A stretch of 64,000 nucleotides of DNA from positions 5,737 through 69,736 of the IMG/VR virus record IMGVR_UViG_3300020473_002010; one strand, written 5' to 3'. Position numbers and translations under genes: made by a program. A model generated the notes under the pieces. The model made no database searches and was not told the origin of the DNA. It was given only the letters and a program-made list of their open reading frames with translations. The DNA is from a virus. Position 1 is the stretch's first letter; every line of letters begins with the position of its first letter. Shown in pieces: positions 27,674 to 38,199 of the stretch.

Positions 27674-28554
27674 TGAAAATTAGACTTTTAACAAACAATA
27701 GAACAGAGCGCGGCCCCGGGATGGTGTATAAAAATTTAAGAAAAGGTCTTGAATTGCTTGGGGTAGAGGTTGAAGATTATCCGATAAGAGATGATGCCAC
27801 GTATGACTACTGTGTTTGCTTGTCTGACCCAAGAAACTGGGAAGCCGCCGGCGCAGACTTAACAGACTGCTCTCTTGTTGGGCCTAATATGTGGGAAGTA
27901 CCTATTGAATCCGTTGCCAGTAGATTTAAGGATTTTCTTGTGCCTTCTGAATGGGTAAAAGATCTTTACGGACAGTTTTCTTGTATGGAAGGAAAAAACA
28001 TACATGTCTGGCCGGTTGGGATAGACACAGCTGACTGGCCGTATAAAAGCTCTTCTAGCAAAAAGGGCGATTGTCTAATCTATTTTAAGAATATGTCAGA
28101 AGAAGACAAGAATACTGCTGCCGAGCTTTGTATTGATAGAAGGCTGTCTTTTGGATGTCTCAAATATGGCCACTATACAGAAGACGCCTTAAAAGATGCA
28201 GTCAGTCAATGTAGGTTTGCTATACTAGTTACAAGGACAGAGAGTCAGGGTATCGCATATCAACAGATTTTAGCTTCAGGATTGCCATGTTTTGTTTTTG
28301 AAAAAGGATCATGGGATGATAGGGCTGATGGTCTAAAGTGTCCAGCTTCCGCCGTGCCATATTGGGATGATCGTTGTGGGGTAAAAGTTAGGGAAGGTGC
28401 ATCTAGAGAAGAAATATACGAGGCATTTACTTACTTCTTAGAAAACCTTGATTCTTTTGATCCAAGAGCGTATATTGAAGAAAATTTAACATTGGAAATC
28501 TGCGCTCAAAAATTTCTAGACATTTTAGAGAGTACAGATGCAAAAGAAGATTAG
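27673..28554 (+). CDS. Putative GT-B glycosyltransferase
   Basis: GPGMVYKNL, LVPSEWV, WPVGIDT and ESQGIAYQQILASGLP (Ex7E-like motif). Confidence 0.65.
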   Translation: MKIRLLTNNRTERGPGMVYKNLRKGLELLGVEVEDYPIRDDATYDYCVCLSDPRNWEAAGADLTDCSLVGPNMWEVPIESVASRFKDFLVPSEWVKDLYGQFSCMEGKNIHVWPVGIDTADWPYKSSSSKKGDCLIYFKNMSEEDKNTAAELCIDRRLSFGCLKYGHYTEDALKDAVSQCRFAILVTRTESQGIAYQQILASGLPCFVFEKGSWDDRADGLKCPASAVPYWDDRCGVKVREGASREEIYEAFTYFLENLDSFDPRAYIEENLTLEICAQKFLDILESTDAKED

Positions 28555-29380
28555 CTCAATCACGCCATGTTATAATGGGGGGAAATACCTCGAAGGATTT
28601 CTCAGTAATGTAACTTCGATGGTCAATATTGATGAAGTTGAGATCGTCTTGGACCACAATGCTCCGGAACAGTGGGAGATTGATCTAGTTAAGAAGTTTC
28701 AAAAAGAACATCCAGGTGTATTTGTGCACAATGTTAAAGAGCACGTGGACAATATCGCTAGATCTATGAACGACTGCTGGAGTATTGCTAACGGTCGATA
28801 TGTCGCGATATGGAATATAGACGACCTTCGTGTGCCAAATTCACTTCAACTTCAAGGTGACTTCTTGGATTCTCATCCAACCCATGGAGTTGTTCACGGA
28901 AATTTTGTTATTGTTAATACTTTCGGCTCCGGAGCGGGAAGGCTTGTAGACCATTCGCAATATTGCACACCTCACCATGAATTAACGAGAGGAATGGTCA
29001 CTGGTCCATTTCTGATGTGGAGAAAAGACCTCAAAGATAAGTGCGGTATGTTTGATGAGCAGCTTGTTTCGGGCGCCGATTTTGATCTATCCATCAGGCT
29101 AGCCGCAAATTCGAGGGTAGGTGCACTTAACGAAGTCCTGGGCGCGTATCTAGATGAAGGAAAAGGGGCAAGCACACGCCCAGATAATAAGCAGCCGCTA
29201 GAAAGAACAGTCATTGAGATGCGTTATGGTATTAACGACAAGATCGATCAAGCGTACATTGGTGAAGCAAAAGAAAAGTATAAAGTCCATGAGCTAAGGT
29301 GGTATGATGAAGTTAAGACACCTTCAGACTTGATTCCAGATTTTGAAAACTTTATTATGAAGAATGGCACAAAATGGTAG
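28538..29380 (+). CDS. Glycosyltransferase family 2
   Basis: ISSITPCYN, WNIDDLR, GPFLMWRK, GADFDLSIR. Confidence 0.8.
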   Translation: MQKKISSITPCYNGGKYLEGFLSNVTSMVNIDEVEIVLDHNAPEQWEIDLVKKFQKEHPGVFVHNVKEHVDNIARSMNDCWSIANGRYVAIWNIDDLRVPNSLQLQGDFLDSHPTHGVVHGNFVIVNTFGSGAGRLVDHSQYCTPHHELTRGMVTGPFLMWRKDLKDKCGMFDEQLVSGADFDLSIRLAANSRVGALNEVLGAYLDEGKGASTRPDNKQPLERTVIEMRYGINDKIDQAYIGEAKEKYKVHELRWYDEVKTPSDLIPDFENFIMKNGTKW

Positions 29381-30093
29381 GCATTGGTAAGATATTAAGG
29401 GATGCGATTGAATTGACTAGGGCTACTCCGGTCATCCAGTGGAATGATCCAACATGGGCAACAAAAGTTAATTCAGACCCTGAGTTTTCCACGTATATGA
29501 ACAATCATGTTATTGACGGTCCTGGTGGAGGTAAAAGGCGCCATGGTTATTTTGCACTGCTAAGTAACATAGTATCAAATCTACCAGCTAATACTTCTAT
29601 ATGTGAACTTGGTAATAGAGAGGGATTATCAACTCTTGCGATTTTAGATTCGATGAGCGATACTCATACACTTGTGACGATAGACGTTGTCGAAGACTTA
29701 CGATTCTTGCCTTACGAAAGAGTGAACCAAATGATCGAGGATGGTTCTGTTTTTGTAGTCACCGGTAATTGTATTCACCCTAAGACGTTATCACTTGTAG
29801 GTGATAATCTTTCTGCATGGCCAACAAATAAGAATATTAGCTTATTATTTTGTGACACGATTCATGTATACGAGCAAGTGCTAGCTGAATTTGAGGCATA
29901 CGAAAAATTTCTGTGTGATGAAGCCATTATATTGGTTGACGATATCCAAGATGACTATACTCATAAAGACAAGCAGATGCATCGAACGAAATATCGCTTT
30001 TTTGAAGAGTGGGAAGGCGAGAAATATGACTTAACAGAGCTCTGTCACGACCCATCCGGATTCGGCGCTTTTGTTTATAGGAGAAAAAAATGA
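29374..30093 (+). CDS. Class I SAM-dependent methyltransferase (Methyltransf_24-like)
   Basis: ICELGNREGLST, TIDV, LFCDTIHVYE, ILVDDI. Confidence 0.75.
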   Translation: MVGIGKILRDAIELTRATPVIQWNDPTWATKVNSDPEFSTYMNNHVIDGPGGGKRRHGYFALLSNIVSNLPANTSICELGNREGLSTLAILDSMSDTHTLVTIDVVEDLRFLPYERVNQMIEDGSVFVVTGNCIHPKTLSLVGDNLSAWPTNKNISLLFCDTIHVYEQVLAEFEAYEKFLCDEAIILVDDIQDDYTHKDKQMHRTKYRFFEEWEGEKYDLTELCHDPSGFGAFVYRRKK

Positions 30094-31001
30094 AGATAGT
30101 CGGGATCTTACCCGTTAAGAACGAAGAGTGGATTTTGCCTACTTTTTTATCGAACGTGATGCCGATAGTCGATGAGTTAATAGTCATTGATGACGGCTCG
30201 ACAGACAATAGCAGGCAGATTTTAGAAGATGCTGGTGCTATTATCAAGGGATATGAAGACACTGAGAAACTTAAAGGTGGCTGGCCTTGCGGCTTAATAC
30301 GAAGTAATTTATTCAAGTATGCTAGGGAAGCCGGCGGTACTCATTTTTTGTGTTTAGATGCCGATGAGACTTTCACAACAAACTTTGTACCGATAGCTAG
30401 GGATGTGATATCTCAATTAAAGCCGGGACAGAAGCTTGCGATGCATTGGCTTGCGCTATGGCAAAGTTATAAACACTTCCGTCATGACAACACCGTGTGG
30501 AGTAATAATTACAAGGACTTTGTCGTGTGCGATGACCCGAGTCTGGACTATGAATATAACTACATGGCTGAGGGTCGAACCCTGGGGTCTAATGAAGGTA
30601 CATGGCTCCGGCTTCCAACCCAGCAAGGCGCAGTAATGCATTATCAATTTGCTGCGCTAAATAATTTCTTGCTAAAACAGGCTTGGTGCCAGTGCGGAGA
30701 GCTAGTTCAGAAACCGGGTCATGCTGCTTCGATTCGTAACAAATACGCCATCACACTATTGACAAACAACGTCGGTATTGTTGAAATGCCGCCTGAGTGG
30801 TATGCCGGTGTACCGGTTCCTAATGTTCCAAATTTTGACCCTGACTGGAATGAGAAGTGGTTTATGAGAAAAGATTTACTTCCTGGACTGATGAAGTATT
30901 TTGACGAAAACGGCGCAGAGTATTTTCGTGAGCTTGATATTTGGCATATACCACAGTTAAGGGATCGTTATATTAAGGAAACAGGAAAGGAGCCAAGATG
31001 A
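30090..31001 (+). CDS. Glycosyltransferase family 2
   Basis: LPVKNEE, IDDGSTDNS, LDADE. Confidence 0.85.
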   Translation: MKIVGILPVKNEEWILPTFLSNVMPIVDELIVIDDGSTDNSRQILEDAGAIIKGYEDTEKLKGGWPCGLIRSNLFKYAREAGGTHFLCLDADETFTTNFVPIARDVISQLKPGQKLAMHWLALWQSYKHFRHDNTVWSNNYKDFVVCDDPSLDYEYNYMAEGRTLGSNEGTWLRLPTQQGAVMHYQFAALNNFLLKQAWCQCGELVQKPGHAASIRNKYAITLLTNNVGIVEMPPEWYAGVPVPNVPNFDPDWNEKWFMRKDLLPGLMKYFDENGAEYFRELDIWHIPQLRDRYIKETGKEPR

Positions 31002-31768
31002 GTGATATGTTCAAGCAGCTAAATATTGATGAGCTGTATACAGACTTATTTTTTAGAGACAACATAGCAGATAGTTTGCCGATGGCAAAGTACTTGGCTC
31101 CTAAGATAGCAGAAACGCTAGACATAAAGAGCGTACTTGATGTCGGTTGCGCGACAGGCCACTGGCTCAAGTGCTTTAGTGACTTAGGCATAAGCATTCA
31201 CGGTCTAGAAGGCTCTGTAAACACATTAGACCATTTACTAATTCCTCGAGAATCAGTCTCTATTTTTGACCTAAGGGACAAGTACACAACGAAGCATGAC
31301 GTTGATCTTGTCTTGAGCATTGAGGTCGCTGAGCATATTGAACCATTTTTTGCTGGTAACTATGTCGATGTACTTACAATGCACGGTTCAAAGTATGTCG
31401 TTATGACCGCCGCACCCCCGGGTCAAGGAGGGACAGGACATGTCAACCTCCAACCAAAAGAATACTGGGTGGAGAAGATGGGTTACAAAGGATATGAAAG
31501 AGATTCAGGGTTAGAAGACCAGATATATCAGTGGTGTAAAGAAGGTAGGGAAACCCAAGATGCTCCTCATGAGTTAAAGAGGTTAGCTGTTGCGGGAGAC
31601 GGCTCTCGATGCGCTCCTGGTACGGTGAGATTTCCTGTTGCTAACTGGTTGAGTCATGATGATGCTATAAACGCTGATACGAGCAAGGTCGTTCAAGCTA
31701 GATTTGATAACGTATGGATTCCGTGGTGGTTCCCGCGCAATTTAATGTGTTTTGTTAAGCAGGATTAG
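30998..31768 (+). CDS. Class I SAM-dependent methyltransferase
   Basis: VLDVGCATG, SIEVAEHI, TAAPPGQGGTGHVNLQPKEYW. Confidence 0.85.
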   Translation: MSDMFKQLNIDELYTDLFFRDNIADSLPMAKYLAPKIAETLDIKSVLDVGCATGHWLKCFSDLGISIHGLEGSVNTLDHLLIPRESVSIFDLRDKYTTKHDVDLVLSIEVAEHIEPFFAGNYVDVLTMHGSKYVVMTAAPPGQGGTGHVNLQPKEYWVEKMGYKGYERDSGLEDQIYQWCKEGRETQDAPHELKRLAVAGDGSRCAPGTVRFPVANWLSHDDAINADTSKVVQARFDNVWIPWWFPRNLMCFVKQD

Positions 31769-31771
31769 ATC

Positions 31772-32863
31772 GTGAAAAAGATCGCTTTTATAAAGTTTGG
31801 TGGAATGTGTGCCGGAGGTACGGAAAAGCATCTCCAGACTTTGGCGGTTCATTTACCAAAAGACAGGTTTGACGTTACTTATTTTTATTGCGATGCTGCA
31901 CCGTACATTGGAAGCGATTTCAAGCATCTAGATACAGACCCATTCCGCTTGAAATATATGCAGGATTCTGATGTCAATATTGTTAAGTTTGATGTTGGGT
32001 TTAAAGATGTGACCGTTCGTACACACGATTGGGTCGACACAAACTTGTGGGATGTCTTTAATGAAGGTGACTTCGACGTTATACAGACTGGCCGTTCAGG
32101 TCACCCAGAATATCCTTTTACGTTAATTAATACGACACCGATTGTTGACAGTATTCACCTGCCTGATATGGCTGAGAAAAAAAGCAACGTTGTGAAAGTC
32201 GTATTAGTTGCGGAAGAGCAACACCACCGCTGGAATAGAGCAGGTGGGGAGCCTGATAAAGCTGTTGTTATTCCACCTGCGATAGAAATGCCCGAGGTTA
32301 AAGGGGACTTAAGGGACGAACTTGGGATTCCGAAAAACACTGTGGTATATGGAATGCATCAACGAGCAGATGACGGCATCTTCTCACAGGCCTTAATGCC
32401 GTGCTGGCAAGGGTCTAAGGCTTCAAAAGAAAATACCTGCCTGCTTGTTTTAGGCGGCTCTAGACATTATCAAGAGCATGCAAAGCAGCTTGGTCTAGAC
32501 AACGTTTTGTTTTTATCTCCGACCGGAGATGTCAATAGGGTTCATCAATTCTTAAACACAATAGACGTGTATACGCACGCCAGAAAAGATGGGGAGCAGT
32601 GCTCTAGCTCCATTATAGAAGCACTTTACCATGGGATACCTGTGATTGGTCATACCGCACCCTCGATGGGACATAGGGATCAAATAAGAGATGCTGGATA
32701 CATCTGTTCGACATTCCAGGAGTACGCCGATGCCATTGATGAGCTCTATAATGAAGACAACAGAAAAAAGTTGTCAAAAATCGCAATAAAAAGATACGAG
32801 GATACTTTTTCGCTACAATCTGTTGTAGATTCTTATGTAAACATATATGATTCTATAGATTAG
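31772..32863 (+). CDS. Glycosyltransferase family 4 (GT-B)
   Basis: GGTEK and GEQCSSSIIEALYHGIPVI. GTG start. Confidence 0.85.
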   Translation: MKKIAFIKFGGMCAGGTEKHLQTLAVHLPKDRFDVTYFYCDAAPYIGSDFKHLDTDPFRLKYMQDSDVNIVKFDVGFKDVTVRTHDWVDTNLWDVFNEGDFDVIQTGRSGHPEYPFTLINTTPIVDSIHLPDMAEKKSNVVKVVLVAEEQHHRWNRAGGEPDKAVVIPPAIEMPEVKGDLRDELGIPKNTVVYGMHQRADDGIFSQALMPCWQGSKASKENTCLLVLGGSRHYQEHAKQLGLDNVLFLSPTGDVNRVHQFLNTIDVYTHARKDGEQCSSSIIEALYHGIPVIGHTAPSMGHRDQIRDAGYICSTFQEYADAIDELYNEDNRKKLSKIAIKRYEDTFSLQSVVDSYVNIYDSID

Positions 32864-32871
32864 TGTGATAT

Positions 32872-33816
32872 ATGATTGTAGCGAAGTGCCCATTAAGAAT
32901 TGGCTTGGTCGGTGGATCATCAGACCTGCAGGCCTATATTGACACCCACGGTATCGGCGCAGTAGTTAATTTCAGTGTTAATCTCTACACATACGCTACT
33001 TTGTCTAAAGATGTACGAGGCTTCAACGCCATAGAAAATCGTTACATCGTTGGTTATTCTCAACGCGAAGAAGTGGGCTCTATAAATGAAATTAAAAACG
33101 ATGTGGTGAGAGAGGCGTTTAACCATTTTGGAACGCCACCTTGCACTACAACACTAACGACTGATGTATATTCTTCTGGTTCCGGATTGGCGTCATCATC
33201 TTCTTATATGATTTCAATAATTGCAGCGATTAGAGAGCTTCAAGGTTTACCAGCTACGCAATATAGGATTTGTCATGAAGCCTTAGAGCTTGAGAGAATT
33301 TTCAACCCGCTGTTGGGATGGCAAGATACTTTTGGGTGCGGACTACCCGGTCTGAAACACCTCGAATTTAGTAATATAGGACCGCCAAAGCTAGAAAATC
33401 TTAATACTGGGATATTCGATAATCTAGAAATATATTTGCACCCAACCGGTGTTAGCAGGTCTTCGACAAAAGTTCTAAAGACGATAAAGGTACCTCCAAC
33501 AACTGAGTTGATTGATTTGGTAAATGAGATGACGATGGCAATTCGTAATAAGGACATTTCTTTGTTTTCTAGAATAATGAAAGACGGTTGGGAAATGAAA
33601 AAGTCTTCATCAAAGATGATCCTCAAGAACAACAAAGTGAAATTAATCGATGATGAGTTAACATCATCTAACAGCGTTTTGTGTCATAAGCTTTGTGGCG
33701 CTGGTAATGGTGGGTTCTTTTTATTCTTTAAACACAGGGATAAACCCATGAAAATCCCTCCAGAGGCGATTAAAGTTAATGTAGACTATGACGGTGTTAG
33801 AGTTGTTCGTTTATGA
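32872..33816 (+). CDS. hddA: GHMP kinase, HddA-like (heptose-7-phosphate kinase)
   Basis: CPLRIGLVGGSSD, GSGLASSS, GWQD, KLCGAGNGGF. Confidence 0.78.
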   Translation: MIVAKCPLRIGLVGGSSDLQAYIDTHGIGAVVNFSVNLYTYATLSKDVRGFNAIENRYIVGYSQREEVGSINEIKNDVVREAFNHFGTPPCTTTLTTDVYSSGSGLASSSSYMISIIAAIRELQGLPATQYRICHEALELERIFNPLLGWQDTFGCGLPGLKHLEFSNIGPPKLENLNTGIFDNLEIYLHPTGVSRSSTKVLKTIKVPPTTELIDLVNEMTMAIRNKDISLFSRIMKDGWEMKKSSSKMILKNNKVKLIDDELTSSNSVLCHKLCGAGNGGFFLFFKHRDKPMKIPPEAIKVNVDYDGVRVVRL

Positions 33817-33852
33817 CGTACTTTAATTTTATAGAATAATACGGGAGATGCT

Positions 33853-34755
33853 GTGAGATCACTAGTTACGGGCGGTGCGGGCTTCATTGGAAGTCATGTT
33901 GTAGATGAGCTACTTTCGCTAGGGCATGAAGTTGTTGTTGTGGATGATGAGAGTGGCCAAGCATCCGACGTTTTTCATTGGAATGATTCATGCGTAAATT
34001 ATCGTGAGAACGTAATTGATGTGGGAAAAATGAATAGCATTTTTAAGAATCACAACTTTGATTACGTTTTTCACCTTGCTGCGAAAACAAAAATTGTACC
34101 AGCAATGGAAAATCCCCCACCTACTCTATGGGAAAATTATACTGGCCTCCTAAACATTCTTGAGCTTTCAAGAAAGTATAACATAAAGCGAGTGATATTC
34201 TCTTCTTCCTCTTCTGTGTACGGTGACCAAGAAATACCGTATAGCGAAGATAGAAAACCTGACTGTCTAAATCCGTACGCACTCAGTAAGTTACATGGCG
34301 AGTCTCTTTGTGAACATTATTCTAGGGTTTTCGGCCTTGACACCGTTTGTCTAAGATACTTTAATGTCTTTGGCGAAAGGATGCCAGAGAGAGGCCAGTA
34401 CGCCCCCGTAATCGCCATATTTCTTAGACAATTAAGAAATAAAGAGCCATTGACAATCGTTGGCGACGGACACCAAAAAAGAGATTTTGTTTACGTTAAA
34501 GATGTTGCGAAAGCCAACGCTAACGCTGCGTTTCGGTCTGATAGATTTGATGCCAAGGTGTACAATGTCGGTCATGGATCGATGGTCAGTGTAATGGAGA
34601 TTGCAAACCTTATTTCTAGTGAACATGTACACTTACCGGAACGTCCTGGCGATGCACGAAATACGATGGCTGATACATCTCTTGTTTGCGAAGCATTAAA
34701 TTGGAGACCAACAATTGACGCAGCGTCATGGGTAAAGGAGCTTTTATCAAAATGA
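33853..34755 (+). CDS. NAD-dependent nucleotide-sugar epimerase/dehydratase
   Basis: TGGAGFIGSH, SSSSVYG, YALSK, LRYFNVFG, RDFVYVKD. Confidence 0.92.
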   Translation: MRSLVTGGAGFIGSHVVDELLSLGHEVVVVDDESGQASDVFHWNDSCVNYRENVIDVGKMNSIFKNHNFDYVFHLAAKTKIVPAMENPPPTLWENYTGLLNILELSRKYNIKRVIFSSSSSVYGDQEIPYSEDRKPDCLNPYALSKLHGESLCEHYSRVFGLDTVCLRYFNVFGERMPERGQYAPVIAIFLRQLRNKEPLTIVGDGHQKRDFVYVKDVAKANANAAFRSDRFDAKVYNVGHGSMVSVMEIANLISSEHVHLPERPGDARNTMADTSLVCEALNWRPTIDAASWVKELLSK

Positions 34756-35594
34756 GGCATCTTGTTCTTGGTTCAGCAGGTCAGATTGGGGCCCCTTTGT
34801 GCGATTTCATAAGGGCACAAGGGGATGAGGTTGATACTTTTGATATAGTAGATTCAGAAGGAGAAGACCTAAGAGTCTATAACAACGGCTTTTTGGAAGA
34901 AGCCGTATCGAAGGCTGACTTTATTTATTTTCTTGCTTATGATGTTGGGGGCTCTCGGTATCTTGAGCAGAACCAGGACAAGAGCTGGTTCATGATGAAT
35001 AACCTTCAGTTAATGACAAATACGTTTAACTGCATTGAGCGGCATTCAAAGCCATTCCTTTTTGCTTCAAGTCAAATGGCCGACATGAAGCACTCAACTT
35101 ATGGCGGTTTGAAATTTATTGGTGAACGACTTACAATTTCAATGGGCGGAACGATCACCCGATTTTGGAATGTATATGGTCCTGAAAGAGATTTACAAAA
35201 AGCACACGTGATAACAGACTTCGCTTTGAAGGCCCAACAAGAAGGTAAGATAGAGATGCTTACAAACGGAGAGGAGACCAGACAATTTTTGCACGCTGAA
35301 GACTGCTCAAGGGCGCTGTACATGATAAGTAAAGACCCATCACGCTTTGCAAGTCAGTCTTTGGATGTGACAAATTTTGAGTGGACGAGTATAAGAGAGA
35401 TAGCAAGCATTGTTTCTTCAATATGCGGAAATGTTCCTGTCATCCCTGGTACCAAGGAGGATACAGTGCAAAAGCTTGTTGATGTTCCTCCAGACGAATA
35501 TATCCTGCAATATTGGAAGCCAAAATTAACATTAGAAGAAGGGATACGAGACGTAATTGCTTCTATTGAGGAAATACATGGAAAAGTATTATGA
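34752..35594 (+). CDS. NAD-dependent nucleotide-sugar epimerase/dehydratase
   Basis: LGSAGQIG, YGGLK, RFWNVYG and RQFLHAED. ATG 34752 overlaps the previous stop. Confidence 0.85.
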   Translation: MRHLVLGSAGQIGAPLCDFIRAQGDEVDTFDIVDSEGEDLRVYNNGFLEEAVSKADFIYFLAYDVGGSRYLEQNQDKSWFMMNNLQLMTNTFNCIERHSKPFLFASSQMADMKHSTYGGLKFIGERLTISMGGTITRFWNVYGPERDLQKAHVITDFALKAQQEGKIEMLTNGEETRQFLHAEDCSRALYMISKDPSRFASQSLDVTNFEWTSIREIASIVSSICGNVPVIPGTKEDTVQKLVDVPPDEYILQYWKPKLTLEEGIRDVIASIEEIHGKVL

Positions 35595-36237
35595 TTATGA
35601 TATAGAAAAGTACAAGTTCGTCTCGTTATTTCAAGGTCTTTTCGGAAGAAAAGATCTGGATAATCTTCATTTAGACTTAGACAAGCAATATGAGTTTTTC
35701 AGCGAGCCTGGGTCCGATTCAGACACAAAGTTTCATAGAGTTTTTTATGATAAGATGCGTTCAGGTTGGCCAGAATTTTTAGATTCTTATAGGGCTTTTA
35801 TAAAAGACTTTGTAGCGCCTATCGTAGGTGCCAATGATAAGTTAATATATCAAAAATGGCCATCATTTCGTGTTCATTTACCAGACAACGTCGCAGTGGG
35901 CGGCTGGCACAAGGATGGTGATTACAATCATCCGTCTGGTGAAATGAATTTTATTCTTGCGCTAACGCGCATGTTCGAAAGTAACACGACGATAGCTGAA
36001 AGCAGGCCAGGAAAAATGGACTTTAGGCAGTTCGAGCTTGATCCGGGTCAGGTTGTACAATTTAACGGGAATCAATGTATACACGGAAATCTTCCAAATA
36101 GAACTGGAGTTACACGGGTAAGCTTCGACTTTAGGGTGATGCTCCCTGAGCACTATAATTCTTCTCACCAATTAAAGTCGTTAAGCAAGGGCAACAAGTT
36201 TTTGATTGGTCATTATTACGAGGTTATGGAAATATGA
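35578..36237 (+). CDS. StrG-like Fe(II)/2-oxoglutarate-type oxygenase-fold protein
   Basis: YQKWPSFRVHLP, WHKD (HxD), distal IHGN and TRVSFDFR. RBS GAGG, ATG 35578. Confidence 0.65.
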   Translation: MEKYYDYDIEKYKFVSLFQGLFGRKDLDNLHLDLDKQYEFFSEPGSDSDTKFHRVFYDKMRSGWPEFLDSYRAFIKDFVAPIVGANDKLIYQKWPSFRVHLPDNVAVGGWHKDGDYNHPSGEMNFILALTRMFESNTTIAESRPGKMDFRQFELDPGQVVQFNGNQCIHGNLPNRTGVTRVSFDFRVMLPEHYNSSHQLKSLSKGNKFLIGHYYEVMEI

Positions 36238-37163
36238 GGGTATTGATTACAGGCGGAACGGGAATGGTAGGTTCCGGGTTTCAAGATATAAAGACAGACC
36301 ATGAGATTATTCTTATGAGCTCTGCTCACCATGATTTACGCTCTTGGCATGATACACAGGTGATGATGATGAATTACACACCAGAAGCAGTGATTCACCT
36401 TGCAGCTCGTGTTGGTGGTGTAAAGGGCAACACTGATTTTGTTGCTGACTTTTTTGCTGATAATATCAGGATGAACACAAACGTTTTGCAAGCTTCGAAA
36501 AAATTTGGTATAAGCAAAGTTGTATCTCTTTTGTCTACTTGTGTCTATCCAGATGAAGTAAACTATCCACTAACTGAAGACCAGATTCATAATGGTGCAC
36601 CTCATACTAGCAACTTTGGCTATGCGTACTCAAAGAGGATGCTAGATGTACAATCTAGGGCTCTTCGGCAGCAATATGGGTGTAACTTCATCTGCGCTGT
36701 GCCAAACAACCTGTATGGACCCCATGATAATTTTGATTTAGAAAATGGGCATGTCATTCCTGCAATAATCAGGAAAGTTTGGGAAGCGAAAAAGTCAGGA
36801 GACACCCCCACTTTCTGGAGTGATGGATCAGCTCTTAGGGAGTTCACCTACGCTCCGGATCTCTCGAAGATTTTGTTGTATTTGCTAGACGAGTACAATG
36901 ATCCGGATCCTGTTAATATTGGTATAACAGAGGAAAGAAGTATTGCGTCTGTAGTTGAGCTTGTTTGCCAAAATTTAGGGTATGATGGTCCTGTTTTTTG
37001 GGATAAGTCAAAGCCAGCCGGTCAATTTAGGAAGCCAAGCAGTAATGATAAGCTTGTGTCAACTGGGTGGAATCGATCTCAATATACTACATTTGAAAAT
37101 GGACTAGAAAAGACATGCAAATGGTTCATCGAGAATTATCCCAACGTAAGAGGAATGGAATGA
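36234..37163 (+). CDS. fcl: GDP-L-fucose synthase family (GDP-4-keto-6-deoxy-sugar epimerase/reductase)
   Basis: [48 protein letters not shown]. Confidence 0.88.
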   Translation: MRVLITGGTGMVGSGFQDIKTDHEIILMSSAHHDLRSWHDTQVMMMNYTPEAVIHLAARVGGVKGNTDFVADFFADNIRMNTNVLQASKKFGISKVVSLLSTCVYPDEVNYPLTEDQIHNGAPHTSNFGYAYSKRMLDVQSRALRQQYGCNFICAVPNNLYGPHDNFDLENGHVIPAIIRKVWEAKKSGDTPTFWSDGSALREFTYAPDLSKILLYLLDEYNDPDPVNIGITEERSIASVVELVCQNLGYDGPVFWDKSKPAGQFRKPSSNDKLVSTGWNRSQYTTFENGLEKTCKWFIENYPNVRGME

Positions 37164-38197
37164 AAACTGCTTTAGTGACAGGAATAACTGGTCAAGATGG
37201 GTCGTATCTCGCTGAATTGCTGTTAAGCAAAGGATATCGTGTTGTTGGGCTTAAGAGAAGAACAAGCCTGATCTCCACAGATCGCTTAGACCACATCTAT
37301 AACAATCCCATGTTTTGTCTTGAATACTATTCTTTGCATGACCCGTCTACCCTTTATAGGCTACTTGAGCAGTATGAGCCAGAAGAGTTTTATAACCTGG
37401 CAGCGCAATCCCATGTTCGCGTTTCCTTTGATGTACCGATAGAAACAGTGGATACTATAGCCATGGGTACGCTAAGGATTCTTGAAGCTGTTCGTTTTGT
37501 CAATAAAGACATAAGAGTTTATCAAGCATCCTCCTCAGAGATGTACGGCGATAACCCCAACTACCCTCAAGATGAAAATACAATTTTGATGCCTGCTAGT
37601 CCTTATGCTTGTGCCAAAGTATTTGCTCATAACCTGTGCAGAAATTATCGTGAGTCTTATGACATGCATATTTCAAGCGGAATTTTGTTCAATCATGAAT
37701 CTCCTCGTCGGGGCGAAACGTTTGTTACACGAAAAATTACTCTCGCTGCTGCAAGGATAAAGCTTGGATTGCAAGAAAAGCTATTTCTGGGTAATCTTTC
37801 CGCAAAGAGAGACTGGGGATTTGCAGGTGACTATGTAGAGGCGATGTGGTTAATGCTTCAGCAAGAAAAACCAGACGATTATGTTATAGCGACTGGCGAA
37901 ACCCATTCTGTTCAAGAGTGGCTAGAAGAAGTATTTTCGACAGCCGGTCTTCCAATCGATGAAAATGTAAAAATAGATGAACGGTTATTTCGTCCGCACG
38001 AAGTACCAGTGCTCTTAGGAGACCCTACAAAAGCAAAAGAAAAACTTGGGTGGGAGCCCAAGACAAAGTTCTCAGATCTTGCTGGTTTAATGCACGCATC
38101 AGATTTTAAGATAGCGACAAATGAGCTTCAGCTAGCAGGCAGGACTCCAGAGCCAGAAGCGTGGATCCCTGGACAGAAAATGAAGTTTAAGGGATAG
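37160..38197 (+). CDS. gmd: GDP-mannose 4,6-dehydratase
   Basis: [58 protein letters not shown] 37160. Confidence 0.95.
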   Translation: MKTALVTGITGQDGSYLAELLLSKGYRVVGLKRRTSLISTDRLDHIYNNPMFCLEYYSLHDPSTLYRLLEQYEPEEFYNLAAQSHVRVSFDVPIETVDTIAMGTLRILEAVRFVNKDIRVYQASSSEMYGDNPNYPQDENTILMPASPYACAKVFAHNLCRNYRESYDMHISSGILFNHESPRRGETFVTRKITLAAARIKLGLQEKLFLGNLSAKRDWGFAGDYVEAMWLMLQQEKPDDYVIATGETHSVQEWLEEVFSTAGLPIDENVKIDERLFRPHEVPVLLGDPTKAKEKLGWEPKTKFSDLAGLMHASDFKIATNELQLAGRTPEPEAWIPGQKMKFKG

Positions 38198-38199
38198 AC

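Noticed and set aside
19369-38197. Interpretation as a bacterial O-antigen or capsule locus
   Set aside because: No flippase, polymerase, chain-length regulator or exporter, and it is flanked on both sides by phage structural genes.
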